A stretch of 64,000 nt of DNA, from contig DF236975.1 in NCBI GenBank assembly GCA_000708835.1, positions 248,001-312,000 of the forward strand, written 5' to 3'. The notes under the pieces were generated by a model that did not search any database, was not told the origin of the DNA, and saw only the letters and a program-made list of their open reading frames with translations. Source of the stretch: Klebsormidium nitens. Its lineage: Eukaryota; Plantae; Klebsormidiophyceae. The translations under genes were made by a program, and so were the position numbers. Below are positions 1-11,800 of the stretch, in pieces. Within the stretch, counting starts at the first letter, position 1, and every line of letters starts with the position of its first letter.

Positions 1-2196
1 GGTACTGGGGCCAATTCGCGCCGGGGGTCGACGCCCCCCGGATCTCCAGCTGGCACAAATGCGCGGCCAGAATCTCAGCCATCCGCTGCTGCGACTCGTC
101 GTAGTGCCTGCCGGACCCCCCTGAAATGGGGATGGGAGACGAGGCGGGACTCTGGGATGCTGCGACCAGAGCAGCCGCCAGCTGAGCCTGCTGAATCTGC
201 TCCTCGATGCTGGGCAGTTGCAAACGGGGGGGGAGGGATGAGGGACGTTCCAAACGGGGGGTTCCCGTCGGGGCCTGGCTGCGGGGGGGCATCTGATTGT
301 TGGGGTAGTTTGAGGCTCTGTATGATTGGCGCGGGCTGAACGGTGCCGTGTGTCCCAGGGGGGACATGGGAGGGACCTGCTGACCCCCCCCCAGAGAAGG
401 ATTCGAGTTGTAGTACGGCTGTGCGGAAGCGGGGGACCCCGGCTGGATTGGCGAGTACGCATTGTCAGGGCTGCAGGGGGGGGATGAGGGGGGGGTAACG
501 GGGGCGGGGAAATTGCGTTGTGGCCGATGAGAATGGACGTGGGGGACGTCATTTGGCGCTTGGTGGGAGAGCCCTGCTTTTGGTGGGGTTTGTCGGCGTG
601 GTTTGCGGCGGCGGCGGCGGCGGGGAGGAGGCGCAATTGCTCGGGGGTGTGCGCAAAGAAGCAGACCCTGCGGCGGCACTTGAGGCCGTCTTTGCAGGGC
701 TGGGTGTGGTAGCGGGCGGGGTGGAGCCAACACTCAAAGACGCCGTGCTGGAAACAGATGTAGGAGTGTCAGTATGGCTTGTAACTTGGTTTGTCAACAT
801 AAACCCATGCTGTTTGCTCCCTTGGACTTGAATCAGACGGAACCAGAAAACATTTCTGGATCCTGTCGGAAGTCAGGAGCAGCTTGCATAAATCACACTA
901 GAGGAAACCCAACTCAAGAAGCAGATGTCAACCCCGATGGCATTCATGCCAAAATGTATAAAGAATGCTCTGAAGCATCTTACTTGAACCAGGAAATTCA
1001 ATGGAAGGCAATTCAAAGTGAGGGTTATGTAATACAAGCCCAACACTGAGGAACTGGGCCTGGCTTCCGTGTCTTCTTGCACATAATAGACAAGAAGCAG
1101 ATTGAGCTTACAGCAAATTCGCAGGCATCTCCCCTTCTGCAGGTCCCTTTCCGGAAGTCTGGGCAGGCGGTTCCACTGTAATGATACTTCCGGGGGTCCC
1201 TTCTGCAAACCGAGACAAATAACTTTGTTTAGAGCTGTTTTGTCCAATAATGGCCAGGACAACTGAATTGCAAGCTTACTGTGCCATGAGAGGTGGCAGG
1301 CAGTTTGAGCTAGGAAAGCATCCGGAGCAGCTGAGAACATCTACTGGGAGCTTGATAAGGGTCTGCAAAAGACCCAGCATGCAGTAGTCACCAAAATGAT
1401 GGCTACTTCAAATACCAGGCTTTCTTGTTGGAGTGTCCAATGAAGAGTAACTCTGAACAGCTCAACCTCCGACAGTGAAAGCTAGACTCAATCTGGAACA
1501 AAGAACTTCTCCCCATTTCCTTTGCTGGCAATCCAAGTTGCATCAAGAGGCCTATCACCAGATAAACCTGCTGACAGGCGGAAGCAGAATGTGCCGCCTT
1601 CTGGACAAGCCAGGTAAGGGGGGTGACATTCGAGCTGAGATGTTCCAGAAACCTTCAATATGCTCATCATTGCACGCATAAAGGTTGGAATCTGGCTCAA
1701 GGTAAAATCATGAGCTGGCACAGTAGACTGCTTGATGCTGGCTCCAGCTTCTAAACCGAGCTGAACTGAGCTAACCTCACCTTCTTGCCTTCTCCCCAGG
1801 GTGCGCAAAGGGACACTCGGTCCAGTCATGGCTGCGTCCCCTCATGCAGCGCCGCACCTTAAACTCGTACATCCGAAACTGATCACATGAGTAGATGTCG
1901 AGACCGCCCTCGCCCTTCTCATGCCCCCACTGCTCATCGTCAGTGTCCTTCCTCGGACCAAAAGCAGACATGGCCCTCTCTACTTCTGCATCCAGGTACT
2001 TGGAAGAGTCCCTGTGCGCCTGGATCGCAGCGGCCGCAGCCATCAGATCGGCCGCATAGTTCTGGAGAGAAGAGACCTGTCTCGGGCTGGCAATATTGCG
2101 CCCCTGCTGGTCTCTGTTCTCCTCCAACCGCAGAGCGTGGTATCGGGATGCGTCCGACGCAGACGGGTACGCCATCGGCTCTTCAAACATCATCAT
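1..2196 (-). CDS. Plant arginine-rich tandem CCCH zinc-finger (RR-TZF) RNA-binding protein, 3' end beyond window start
   Basis: Exons 2196-1781, 1202-1112 and 747-<1 (GT-AG, phases consistent) splice to [108 protein letters not shown], the diagnostic plant RR-TZF signature. The C-terminal tail appears to change frame at G runs near 488-495 and 226-233. Confidence 0.92.
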
Positions 2197-4389
2197 GGCA
2201 GAAGCGCCAGAAGTTCTGAGCTGTTCGAGATCCTTGGAATGTGGTAGTTGTTCAACTTCAGCTGCGTTTTGTCACTTCTAATGTTAAATAGGCGTCCCTT
2301 TGCAATCAATCCTGAGAACCTTCGAACAATGAGGGAAAGAATGGAAAGAATGGGAGCTGGCAGCCCTTTTGACGCAGCCCTGCGGCAGCCCCTCCAGGTG
2401 GATCTTGGAAGTCACCCTGTGGTGAGGCAACCTCTCTTCTTGAACTGAACATCAAGACTTGCAAGGAAGCGTGCACTTTTCCTCGCTAGCTGTCCTCTGG
2501 TTGCACTTACATATTACACAAGCCCTTAATTCGTCGACTAGTGGACTCATAGGCGTTCGAAACGCGTCGAAGTGACGTTTCGTGCACTTTATCTGAACCG
2601 GATAAAGTCAGTCATAGCGAAAGGCCCCGCGTCACAGTGAGTACATGTGGGCGGGCACGCGTAAACAATACTGGTTGGCCAAGCCGCATGCCGGTTCGTG
2701 GAACCGGGGCTCGTGTGGGGCACTTTTTGGCAGCGCTTTGTGCCCGGACATCTCCGCAAAAGTTGGAAAAAGGTTCCCGGGTGGCAAATTGCGCGGTCTT
2801 GAATAACGCGGCCCACATGGACTTGGCATGGAAGGTTCGCACTTGGAGGCTGCACTTGGCATCATGTGAATTGCTGGTGGCTCGCAACCAATCAGCGTCG
2901 AGAAATTGATCGAGGACCGCGTCCTCTAAAAGCCTCCCAATCATTTTGAACATCACGCGGGCAGCGGGCTGACGAAACTTTCCGGTAGAGGAGATATGCG
3001 AGTTCCAGCGTTGTGCGATTGGTCCAGCCAGGTCAGCTTCACGTTGAACTGACCATCGACGGCCCGAGAATGATTGGCTGGAGGATCGGACGATATTTCA
3101 GTGCCACGCTGGCAGCCTTCACGTGATCAATATCGTGGGCCGCGCCCGACATGCGGCTCAGGCTCGTCGGTAAATCCAGCTGTCACAATCATTGCCACAA
3201 ATGCTGGAAAATTATTCGTTTGCCTGCACGCTGCAACACGGGGGGAGGTAATTTGTCAGCTGACTGGTGTATAAAATCAGAAGGTTCAAGGCTGACTAGG
3301 ATGCTGGGAACTTGGAAGCCTCGGCAAGCCCATTGGGCAAGAAACGCCAGGATCCCACAAATCCTGCACGACAAATGGCGAATTTAGCAGTAGGTATTCC
3401 TTCTGCATTTTGATACATGGTTTAGGTATGCCACCGTGGCACCGTGGCAGGCTGCAGCCTGCAGGAGTCAGGGCCGCCGATAGGAGCGATGTCGCTATTA
3501 TGGGCGTTCAACGGTATGATATGGGCAAGCTAGAGCAGTGGCTACGGCGTGTAAAAGGGAACATTGCTTTGGCTACGGCGTTACGAAAAGAGACCAATGC
3601 ACCAACTCACTAACATTGATGAACCAGGAGAAGCCATAATGGCCTGTTGGCTATGCCGTATTTGACAAAAGACCAACACACATGTCCATTGCAAGGATGG
3701 TTACTTGGACTGGTCATTGTTGATCCACTGGTGCAAATCGAGATTGGTGCAATGTGCCCTGATTCAATGGACATAAAATAGTCGACCATTTCCCTCAATC
3801 GCTCACATGCAACGCCCAAAGGAAAGTCGCTTAACTCCAATGATTGTGCATTGATCATTCATCTAATAGCCGCCGTCGCTCATGCGGCATGTACGTGTGG
3901 AGAGTTTTGTCCAACCAGTTCCCAGCAATGATCTGCATGTCCCGGCTACCACCGGTTGCTTTTCCAGAACACTGATCATGTGAGGCGTGTTATAACTTGG
4001 TCGTATCAGCAACGAAGCCCATGCGTTGCTTCGATGTGATCAACATGCCTATCTGTCGAACTATGATGGACGTCTACAGAGTCAGATCATGTGATTTCTG
4101 GGGTTGAAATTCAAACATTTTGGGTGCAGATTGGGATCAATGCCATGGCCCCAACATGCTACTGCAGCTCGAACATATAAACTCGACAACATTAGTTCAT
4201 AATGAACATTCAGAGCTTCAATTTGAATAGTACTTCTCAAAATCTCATGAGCCGGGGTCCCGGGGAAGGAGATAGACATGGATACGGAGCCGCCCCGACG
4301 TTCATGCGCTTGTATCTGGATAGAGAGCTTTACGTCCTCAATGTTCCAGTACCCTGTCAATCTACATTGCCTGACGGGCTTTTACATTG

Positions 4390-7300
4390 TTAAGGGGGAA
4401 TCGGGATATTCTGCCTCCCCCTCACTGTGCACACTTCCTTGAAATATTGCTTTGGCACGGTTCCGTCGAGCCCCTCCGTCAAGATGACACCGTTGGTCGA
4501 CACCCAGAGTTTCATGCCATCTACAAAACAGAACGTGGCGTGAGCGAAGTTGCTGCGGAGAAGCCTTTTGTTGTTCCATGCCTGCTCTCGAACGACACAG
4601 CCACTATAAATCCAACTTGTGCCATCTTAACATGAACCATAGCGGATGCAGAGGTAGACAAACAAGTCTTACCTTGTAAGGCCTTTTCCACGTCCAAAAA
4701 AATTAGCACCTCGCACGTCGTCCGCATTCCTGTGACACAAAGCACAATTGCCATTTCCTTATTTTATCAGTATGAACACGGACTTTCCCTAACATATAAC
4801 GTGTGCAAAATTGGTTTGATCCTGCTCGATGATGCCAGGTTCGATATCCAACCACAGCAGGATTGCCCTGATTGTTCTCAAAAGACCTTCCTACCATTTT
4901 GTCACTTCTGCTCAGGCCGAAAGTGAAAGTTAGAGACAATAATTTCGGAAGGAATCCTACTGCGACCTGTCCCGCCCCGAAGATAAGAATCTGCGGCCGC
5001 AACTACAAACTGGCGGATGTGGACTGTCATATTACTCTTATTGTCTTTGAACAGGACACAGTGTCAGGAGTGGTCATTTCGCCCGTCAGAATCTTGAGGA
5101 CTCAAAACCAAGAGCGTTTCGGACTACGTCGACATCAGAGAAGCGGGCCATCTTCACACCCGCTTGTCCTCCAAGAATATTGATAGTCTGCTACAACTCC
5201 GACATTGATGCACGGTGCATGACCAATCCGGAACGGACACTTAGGCATGAGGAGGCTCAAATCGTCTAGACTGTGAATCAATGGAGTAAGCATCTAGTCA
5301 CAACACGGGTACAACGATTACTTCCCAGGATAAAAGCAAGAGAAAAGCGTACCCATCCTTCCTCACAGCAAGCGCTTGAAGTCAAGCCAGCTCGTAAGCA
5401 ACGCCTGGCTTTACACTCGACTAGTGTGACCATCGTTGTCTTGATGTCATGCACGTTTGATTCAAGCGCACAATGAGAACAAAAAGAGGAGGTACGTACC
5501 GCTGATGACGCCATCCTCCTTCGGAAGCCCGCTCGCAAAGTGGACGTGATTACGTTTCATGGTCTTGAGCCCCTCCCGGAAGATTGCGTCCAGGTACCGG
5601 GTGTATGTTCCGTGAACACATACTGCAAGATGACATAGAAAAAGCAAACCCATTTGTAACGAAGCCCCAGTGAGCCCTCAGTTTGGCTCGACTGAAAGCG
5701 ACGCTGGTCCCCATGAACGAACTGATACGTTTTCTGCAGTTCTGATATTCCCGTTCCCCGGGGTCCTGACTTTCATCCTAAGATAGTCGAAAAGGTGACA
5801 AATGCAATCCAGTCGTACGGAGCAATCTGAAGCGAACGACGAGGTTGAAACGATCTCATGCGCGCGCACCCGTTGCCAAGAAGATGATCCTTCCGTCTGC
5901 GGCGTTCGTGCGACACTGGTTTGCAAGCAGAAATACCAACCGGGAGTGTTGCTAGGACTCGGCTTCGGTGATGCGATCGGTGCTGTTTTCGTTAGTCCTT
6001 ACCTGGAACTTCAGATGCAGAAGTGACCGAGCGAAGCAGTGCCTCGGATTCGATGATCTGCGTGAACGGTTACGAACTATGAGTACGATAACAGAGCGGA
6101 ACGCCGAAGATTGATCGACTAAAATAGCTGCGGGGCCTTACAAACCCGTTCACCTGCTTTCAGAAACGGTTTTTTTACGGAGAAGATGCAGAAGGTCAAG
6201 TTGGATGTGAAGTAGCAGATGTGAAAAGCTTTGTGGGGCTGCCAGTCAGACTGCCGCGCAAGGGGTGCATTTCGGGAGCCTTGGCCCCAGCTGAAGCAAG
6301 AGTTTCAATCGTACGCACATGTAGCTCGATCTGAGCCTTCTGATCGGAGGGTCTGAATCGGCCCCAAAAGGAACATACCCGTCATATTCGAAGCAACGCG
6401 ACCATGCTGAGGAGTCACTGTCTTCAATGAGATTTCCGGGCTTCTCGTGGGGCTTCCAAGCGTCAAGCTAGAGCCGAGAAAAAGCAATAGTCACCTTTAT
6501 GGAGTGGCCCTGGGTTGCACGGATCCACAGCTCCCCTCCTTCTTCCCGCAGCTCCATCCGACCCTTCTTATCCAGTGCTGCCGCCTGCGAAGCTCGGACC
6601 AGAATCTTAATCTTGACCGGTCTCGGAAAAACTTCAAAAGAGTAGCAAGCGTGACTGATCTGAACAAGAAAGAGGGCTCCACATCAACTTGTGTCCTCCT
6701 CTTTATTAACGTCACGATAGATGAAGGTTGATGACTGCGACTGAAACTTACTGCCCATAGTCCATTGACAGAAGTCAGGCAATCATCATGAGCTGAGGTG
6801 GGAAGGTGATTCCGTGGGGATCGGCATACGAAATCTAAAAATCGCAGAACAGAAAGGTGAAACTTCGTGACGTCGGATTTCACCAAGTTTGAACCAGATT
6901 CATTTTGCCGATTATCAGACAAGGACTCCATCAACACTGGAACTTGTCAAACAATTCCTTTGAACACAAACTTTTCAAAGTAGCTGGCCAGCGCACCTGC
7001 CTCACGTCATCTTCGGAGTGACTGCTCAGCGAGCGGCCACTGCGCGTCTTTTTCTGCAAATGCAGGATCTCAGAGACTTGAACAAAGGCGTCGGGCCGCA
7101 TCGCCAACCCGTGCTCGAGCGCGCTGTGCCGCAGGATCTGGGTTCTGTGATGAGTAAGAAATCGCGACTTGGTTTAAAAGCGTCCCAACTGACTTCAAGG
7201 ACACCCGATCAGTGGGACAGTTGATCACAGATTTTGAGGTCACAGAAAGGATGTTGGTCCGGGATTCAAGTTGAGACGTTCGAGAAGCAAGCCAACGAAG

Positions 7301-8267
7301 GTTTCCTGGGGCGAACTGCTTCAGACAGAGCGATCAAAAGCTTCTCCTGGTGTGCGCCTTGTTTTGAAAAGGTCTGAAGTACGGGTTATCAAATCACCTG
7401 ATTCTACAAAGAAGACAATCAGCAGTATCACAGTTGATGCTGATGGTGGCTCTTGAAGTTTTCTACTTACAAGCTTCGCCCCAGGTTCTCGATCTGGTCT
7501 CCGCCCCTGCCGCGGCCCCCTCCTGACCCCCCCCGCCCCTCGCCTCTCCCCCTGGCCCCAGCACCGCGCCTGCCGCCAGAAAATCCTGCCGCCTCTAGTT
7601 CCCCCTCATCTGCCACCAAAGCGTCTTTCCCTTTCCTGTCCCAGCCTTTTCCTGTGGCTGCCGGGGCGCCCGTTTTCTCTAACCCAGACACTAACCCACC
7701 AGAACCTGATTCTAAATGACTGGTCCCAGGAGTGGTTCTACGAGACGCGATGTAAGTCGCGCTCGTGCCGGGAGCATTCCCCCGGCCGTGGCGTACACCC
7801 CCGGACAGCGAACCCTGTTCTGAAATCGAAGTGCTGGCCATGCTTTCGTGCAGACTGCCAGCAAAGGTACCTGCTGCAGTGCGTCGATCATCAGACTGGC
7901 CAGCAGGTGTGAGCTGCACGCTCGCGGCCCCAAGCGCTGGGAAAGTGGCGCCATCTAGCGGCTCGCCGAATCCTGCCATCTGCTTACGATGCAAGAGTTT
8001 TGAGGACAAGGTCCTATGAGGTTTTGCGCCGTTGCACAATGGACTAAGAAGCACTCTGTTTGCAGTCAACAAACTCAATTGCCCCCGGAGCAGCACAATC
8101 GCAGAAGCTGGTGAGCAGAAACTGCGTGTGAAGGTGGTGTTGCGATCCCGCAAGAGGGATGAGGGATCGGTGGTAGCCAGCGACTGACGTCGGGCTACAG
8201 AGCGGACACAAAGCAGCATTGGCCCCTGTGCGCGCTGAGCTGCTGTCCAGAGCAAGTGGGACAGCAT
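4390..8267 (-). CDS. TPT1: tRNA 2'-phosphotransferase (Tpt1/KptA family)
   Basis: Exons (8267 or 7979 or 7841)-7471, 7144-6997, 6584-6495, 6057-6003, 5622-5500, 4729-4673 and 4520-4390 splice in frame. They give LGRSLTQILRHSALEHG..DAFVQV, ELWIRATQGHSIK, VCVHGTYTRYLDAIFREGLKTMKRNHVHFASGLP, GMRTTCEVLIFLDVEKAL, WVSTNGVILTEG. These are the canonical Tpt1 motifs (LRH, RAxQGHS, HGT, RxHVH, NGVxLT). The start codon is uncertain. Confidence 0.94.
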
Positions 8268-8878
8268 GTGTTTGCAAATTGCAGGCGCTGCTGAAGTGGC
8301 GAACTCGGAATTCCAGGACAAGGGTTCGCATTCGTCGTTGTCGGATGGTCACCCTAGGCTGCGGACGGTCGCGATACGGTTCGCACCGTCCGAAAGCTTT
8401 TTGCGAACAGTCGCAAACCGGGAAGGCTAAATGAACTGGAACCGGGGGCTGACTTTACCTACGTCGCCCCTTTTACTTTGCTCGGGGACTGCGCACCGCC
8501 CGCCTCCCGGCCCGCCAAGTTGTCATTTGGACCATCCTGGGGCGTCCGAAAACCGGTTTAGAAATATAACCTCCGGGTGGGTTGGCTGCAGTTGAACCCA
8601 ACTCCCTTCATCATTTGCACAGCTCTCCAATTTGCCAATGGATACCCCATGCAGCAGCAAACGTTCATTTCAAATGCGGATCGAAGAAGATGGCTCCCTA
8701 CCAATTGTCAAGTTAGCGCCAAAGGGCTTTGTCATTGTCTCTGCAAGACAGTTTACTAGGTTGAATGAAGCCGGTTCCATTTCCAGCGGCGGTTTCAATT
8801 GTCTCATAAACTAGCTGGTTGGATGCATTCAATTTGCATGAAGCTGTTGAGCACTGTCCACAATTGAATGAAGGAGCC

Positions 8879-11800
8879 ATGAGTTCGGCACGCTGCGCCA
8901 GCTCTCTTGAGCGGGCCCAAAGATGGTCAACCTTGCAATGTCAAGAACAGACCTACACCCCACATCGGAAGAGCACGCTCAACCCAAGGAGGCGCGAAAT
9001 CAGAGCGACTCTGCATCGCTCAAGCAAGGTCGCATGGAGGCAATTGCCAGGAAGACCTACCACCGCAGGAAAAGTGCGTCATTCTGGTTTTCAGACTTTT
9101 CATTCTGTATACAAGGTCCTGAACTCATTGGCCGTAGGTTGTGATTAATGCGAGTTTGCCAAGCTCCATCCTGATGGCTAGCAACTTCGTTGCATTCTGA
9201 GTAGCAATGCCCATGTAGCGACGATGATAGCTTTGCGGCAAAAGGTTTCCTGTCTACATCTCTGAGCCAACCGGAGAATGGAACTCTATGTCGAAAAGTT
9301 TCTTCTGCGTGGCAGGACTTCTATATTCAACCATTTGGACAACCCGTTGATGCCCCTTTGAGGTTTACGGCAAAGCCTGTTAACGCCGTCTCCCAAGCCA
9401 GCCTACCAGGAGGTCAGTAGCCATTCAATTCCCTTCTACCACCACAAGATGGAAACGAAGATGATTGCAATGTAGAAGTGAATGCGAGGATGGAGCTGAA
9501 GTGCAGATTTGCACATTTGTCAACATGTAGTGAAATGGTTCTATGAAAGGCATAACCTGGAGAAGACACTGATGCCATTGTTTTTGCAGGGTCTGATTCT
9601 GAGTTGAGGGGTGCGCTTGACTTGGCCAGCGATGAGGAGTTGCATGAGATTGTCAATATCTTGTATGGGAGAAGGTAAGCTGGCGTATCAACCTGGTATC
9701 TTTGGTCCAGAAACCTTTCAGATTCAGACTCCTTATTTGTCCGGAGTGCAGTGTTTGCAAATTGCTTCAGAGGCTCCTTTCGCTTCGGATTCTGAGATCA
9801 GCTTTGGGAATCCAAGCAGTGGTGACGGAGAGGGCAATCACAACATCTCCTGGATGACTGGAAACCGTTTGACCACCAATCTCCAAAGAACAGTTTGATC
9901 ATTCAAGTCTGCATTAGTCCACAACCTGATTCAGCCTGTGCCAGCACCATATAGCAGATTAGCGATTACAATCATATTGCGTCAAGCAAATCAAGCCACC
10001 TACTAGTCTGTCCCTCTGACCAATGTCTATCCTTGCGTGCAGCCCCCTCAGTCCCATTCTGAAGTCCATTGCCACCGGGGATGGTTCCTCCTCTGACGGC
10101 GAGGATGGCGGAGCGGGTCACCCCCGGAGGGACTTCCGGGACATGCTGAGCGAGAGAGAGACACTTCTCCGCAGGCTGGAGGCGCGGTTCTTCTTCCTGG
10201 CTGCCGATGCCAAGGCGACCATGACGTGAGTTGGCTTGCTTGGAAAGTGAGCTGGCTTGAACAAGTGTGAGCAGAGTTGGTCATGCTGTATGTGGGAGGA
10301 CCCCAAAGGTGGAAATGTTGATGAAGATGGCGAATTGCGGGGGCCCGTGAAGGAATCACAAGATTTGGCGAATCTGACTTGGGCCTTTTGCAGCTTTAAG
10401 GCCCCTACTACTTATGCTCAACGCATGAATTTCATGTTTACGGATTGGTTTGCGCTGGATCTATCAAGGAAAAGGCTGACCGACAGGGTGACCTCAATAG
10501 AGCGGCCCCTGACACAAGCGGACCCCAAACCATTCGGTTCCCTGCGATTGGTCACTTTATCCCCCTTGTATCTGCCCTGTCCTCAGAAGCACGCTAATAC
10601 AGATCTTATTCTCTTCGGCTACTATCTGGACACTCTTACGTTCAAAGCCCTGTAATGACAGGACCCCATGTGATTGGATGGTAACATTCGTCCCAGAACT
10701 CCATCAGGTACTTCCTGCTCTGCATTCCGCCTTTTTAAAGCGAACGCCTCCAATCGACTGCCCAGAATATTTGAAGTCCTGTACAGAGTCGCCTGAAGAG
10801 ATATTCGAATATATCTGCGCAGGGGCAAACGACCGAGCTACCGCCAGGTGCTGCTGTGCGTGCGTCAGAAGCTACGCGTCCCATGCTCCAATGTGCTGTC
10901 GACTGCGGACCTTGAAGCGGAGATCTTCTTGCACTTACTGCAAGAGTATTCCAGGTACCCGAGGCAATCCTTTCTTCTCAGCTTCATGCAACGGCTTTGT
11001 GTTCCAAGCGCTCGGTCGGAAGCCCCATCCAAGTGCCACCTCGCCGCCACGTTGGATATGAACACTCAAGGGGCATGCGCTGCTTTCCAGCGATGCACCA
11101 ATTGCGACCACCTGGGCCTACTAAATCACAGAATGGGTACTGCTGGCCACAACGGCGATGACCTCGGCATGACGTCATCGACCACAGCCTGCTCTTTCAG
11201 TAGCCGCCAGACAGTGACGTGTCCTGGTTCCGTTTTCCGTCTTGCAGCGCACCGTCTAAACAGAAGGAACACGAGCAGGGCGTTGTGATGGTGAACGACC
11301 CGAGGCACGTGCAAGGCAAGCGGTGGCATCAGCTAGGGAAGCTGCTGGCGCCGGTCAAGATCGGGGGGGAGGAGGTGCTGTCAATACTAGCCAAGGTGAG
11401 CCCCTCGAAACGGCGTTGGTGAAATAGATAAGTTTGACCTCAGAGGAAGAGTCTGGGAAAATGAACTAACGAAGCTGCTTGATGTCAACGTTTCCAATAT
11501 CCGCCAGGGGTCAGATACCTTCTGCCGGATTCCATAATGTCAACACATGGCTTGAAGAGTAGTACGTGTCGAGAAATTGCATTGCCGTCGTTTTAAGTCG
11601 GCTGTGAAAAGTACGGAACTGAAATCAGCTGGAAGCATTCATTGGGTTGCCCACCTTGAGCGGAGGGTTTTCCGCGTAAGATCAGTGGGTCAGATTGTTC
11701 GATTGTTTAACCTGCAGTGGGGCCTTTGCACGAGGCCAAAGTAGCCGCCCTTGCTGTAGGAAACGATTAGCCGCAGCCGCATTTGCAAATTTCGGGTTAT

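Noticed and set aside
3400-4000. Broken protein-like frames between TZF and TPT1 (NWLDKTLHTYMPHE.. / MINAQSLELSDFPLG..)
   Set aside because: Short, frameshifted and unrecognised; a pseudogene call is not supportable.
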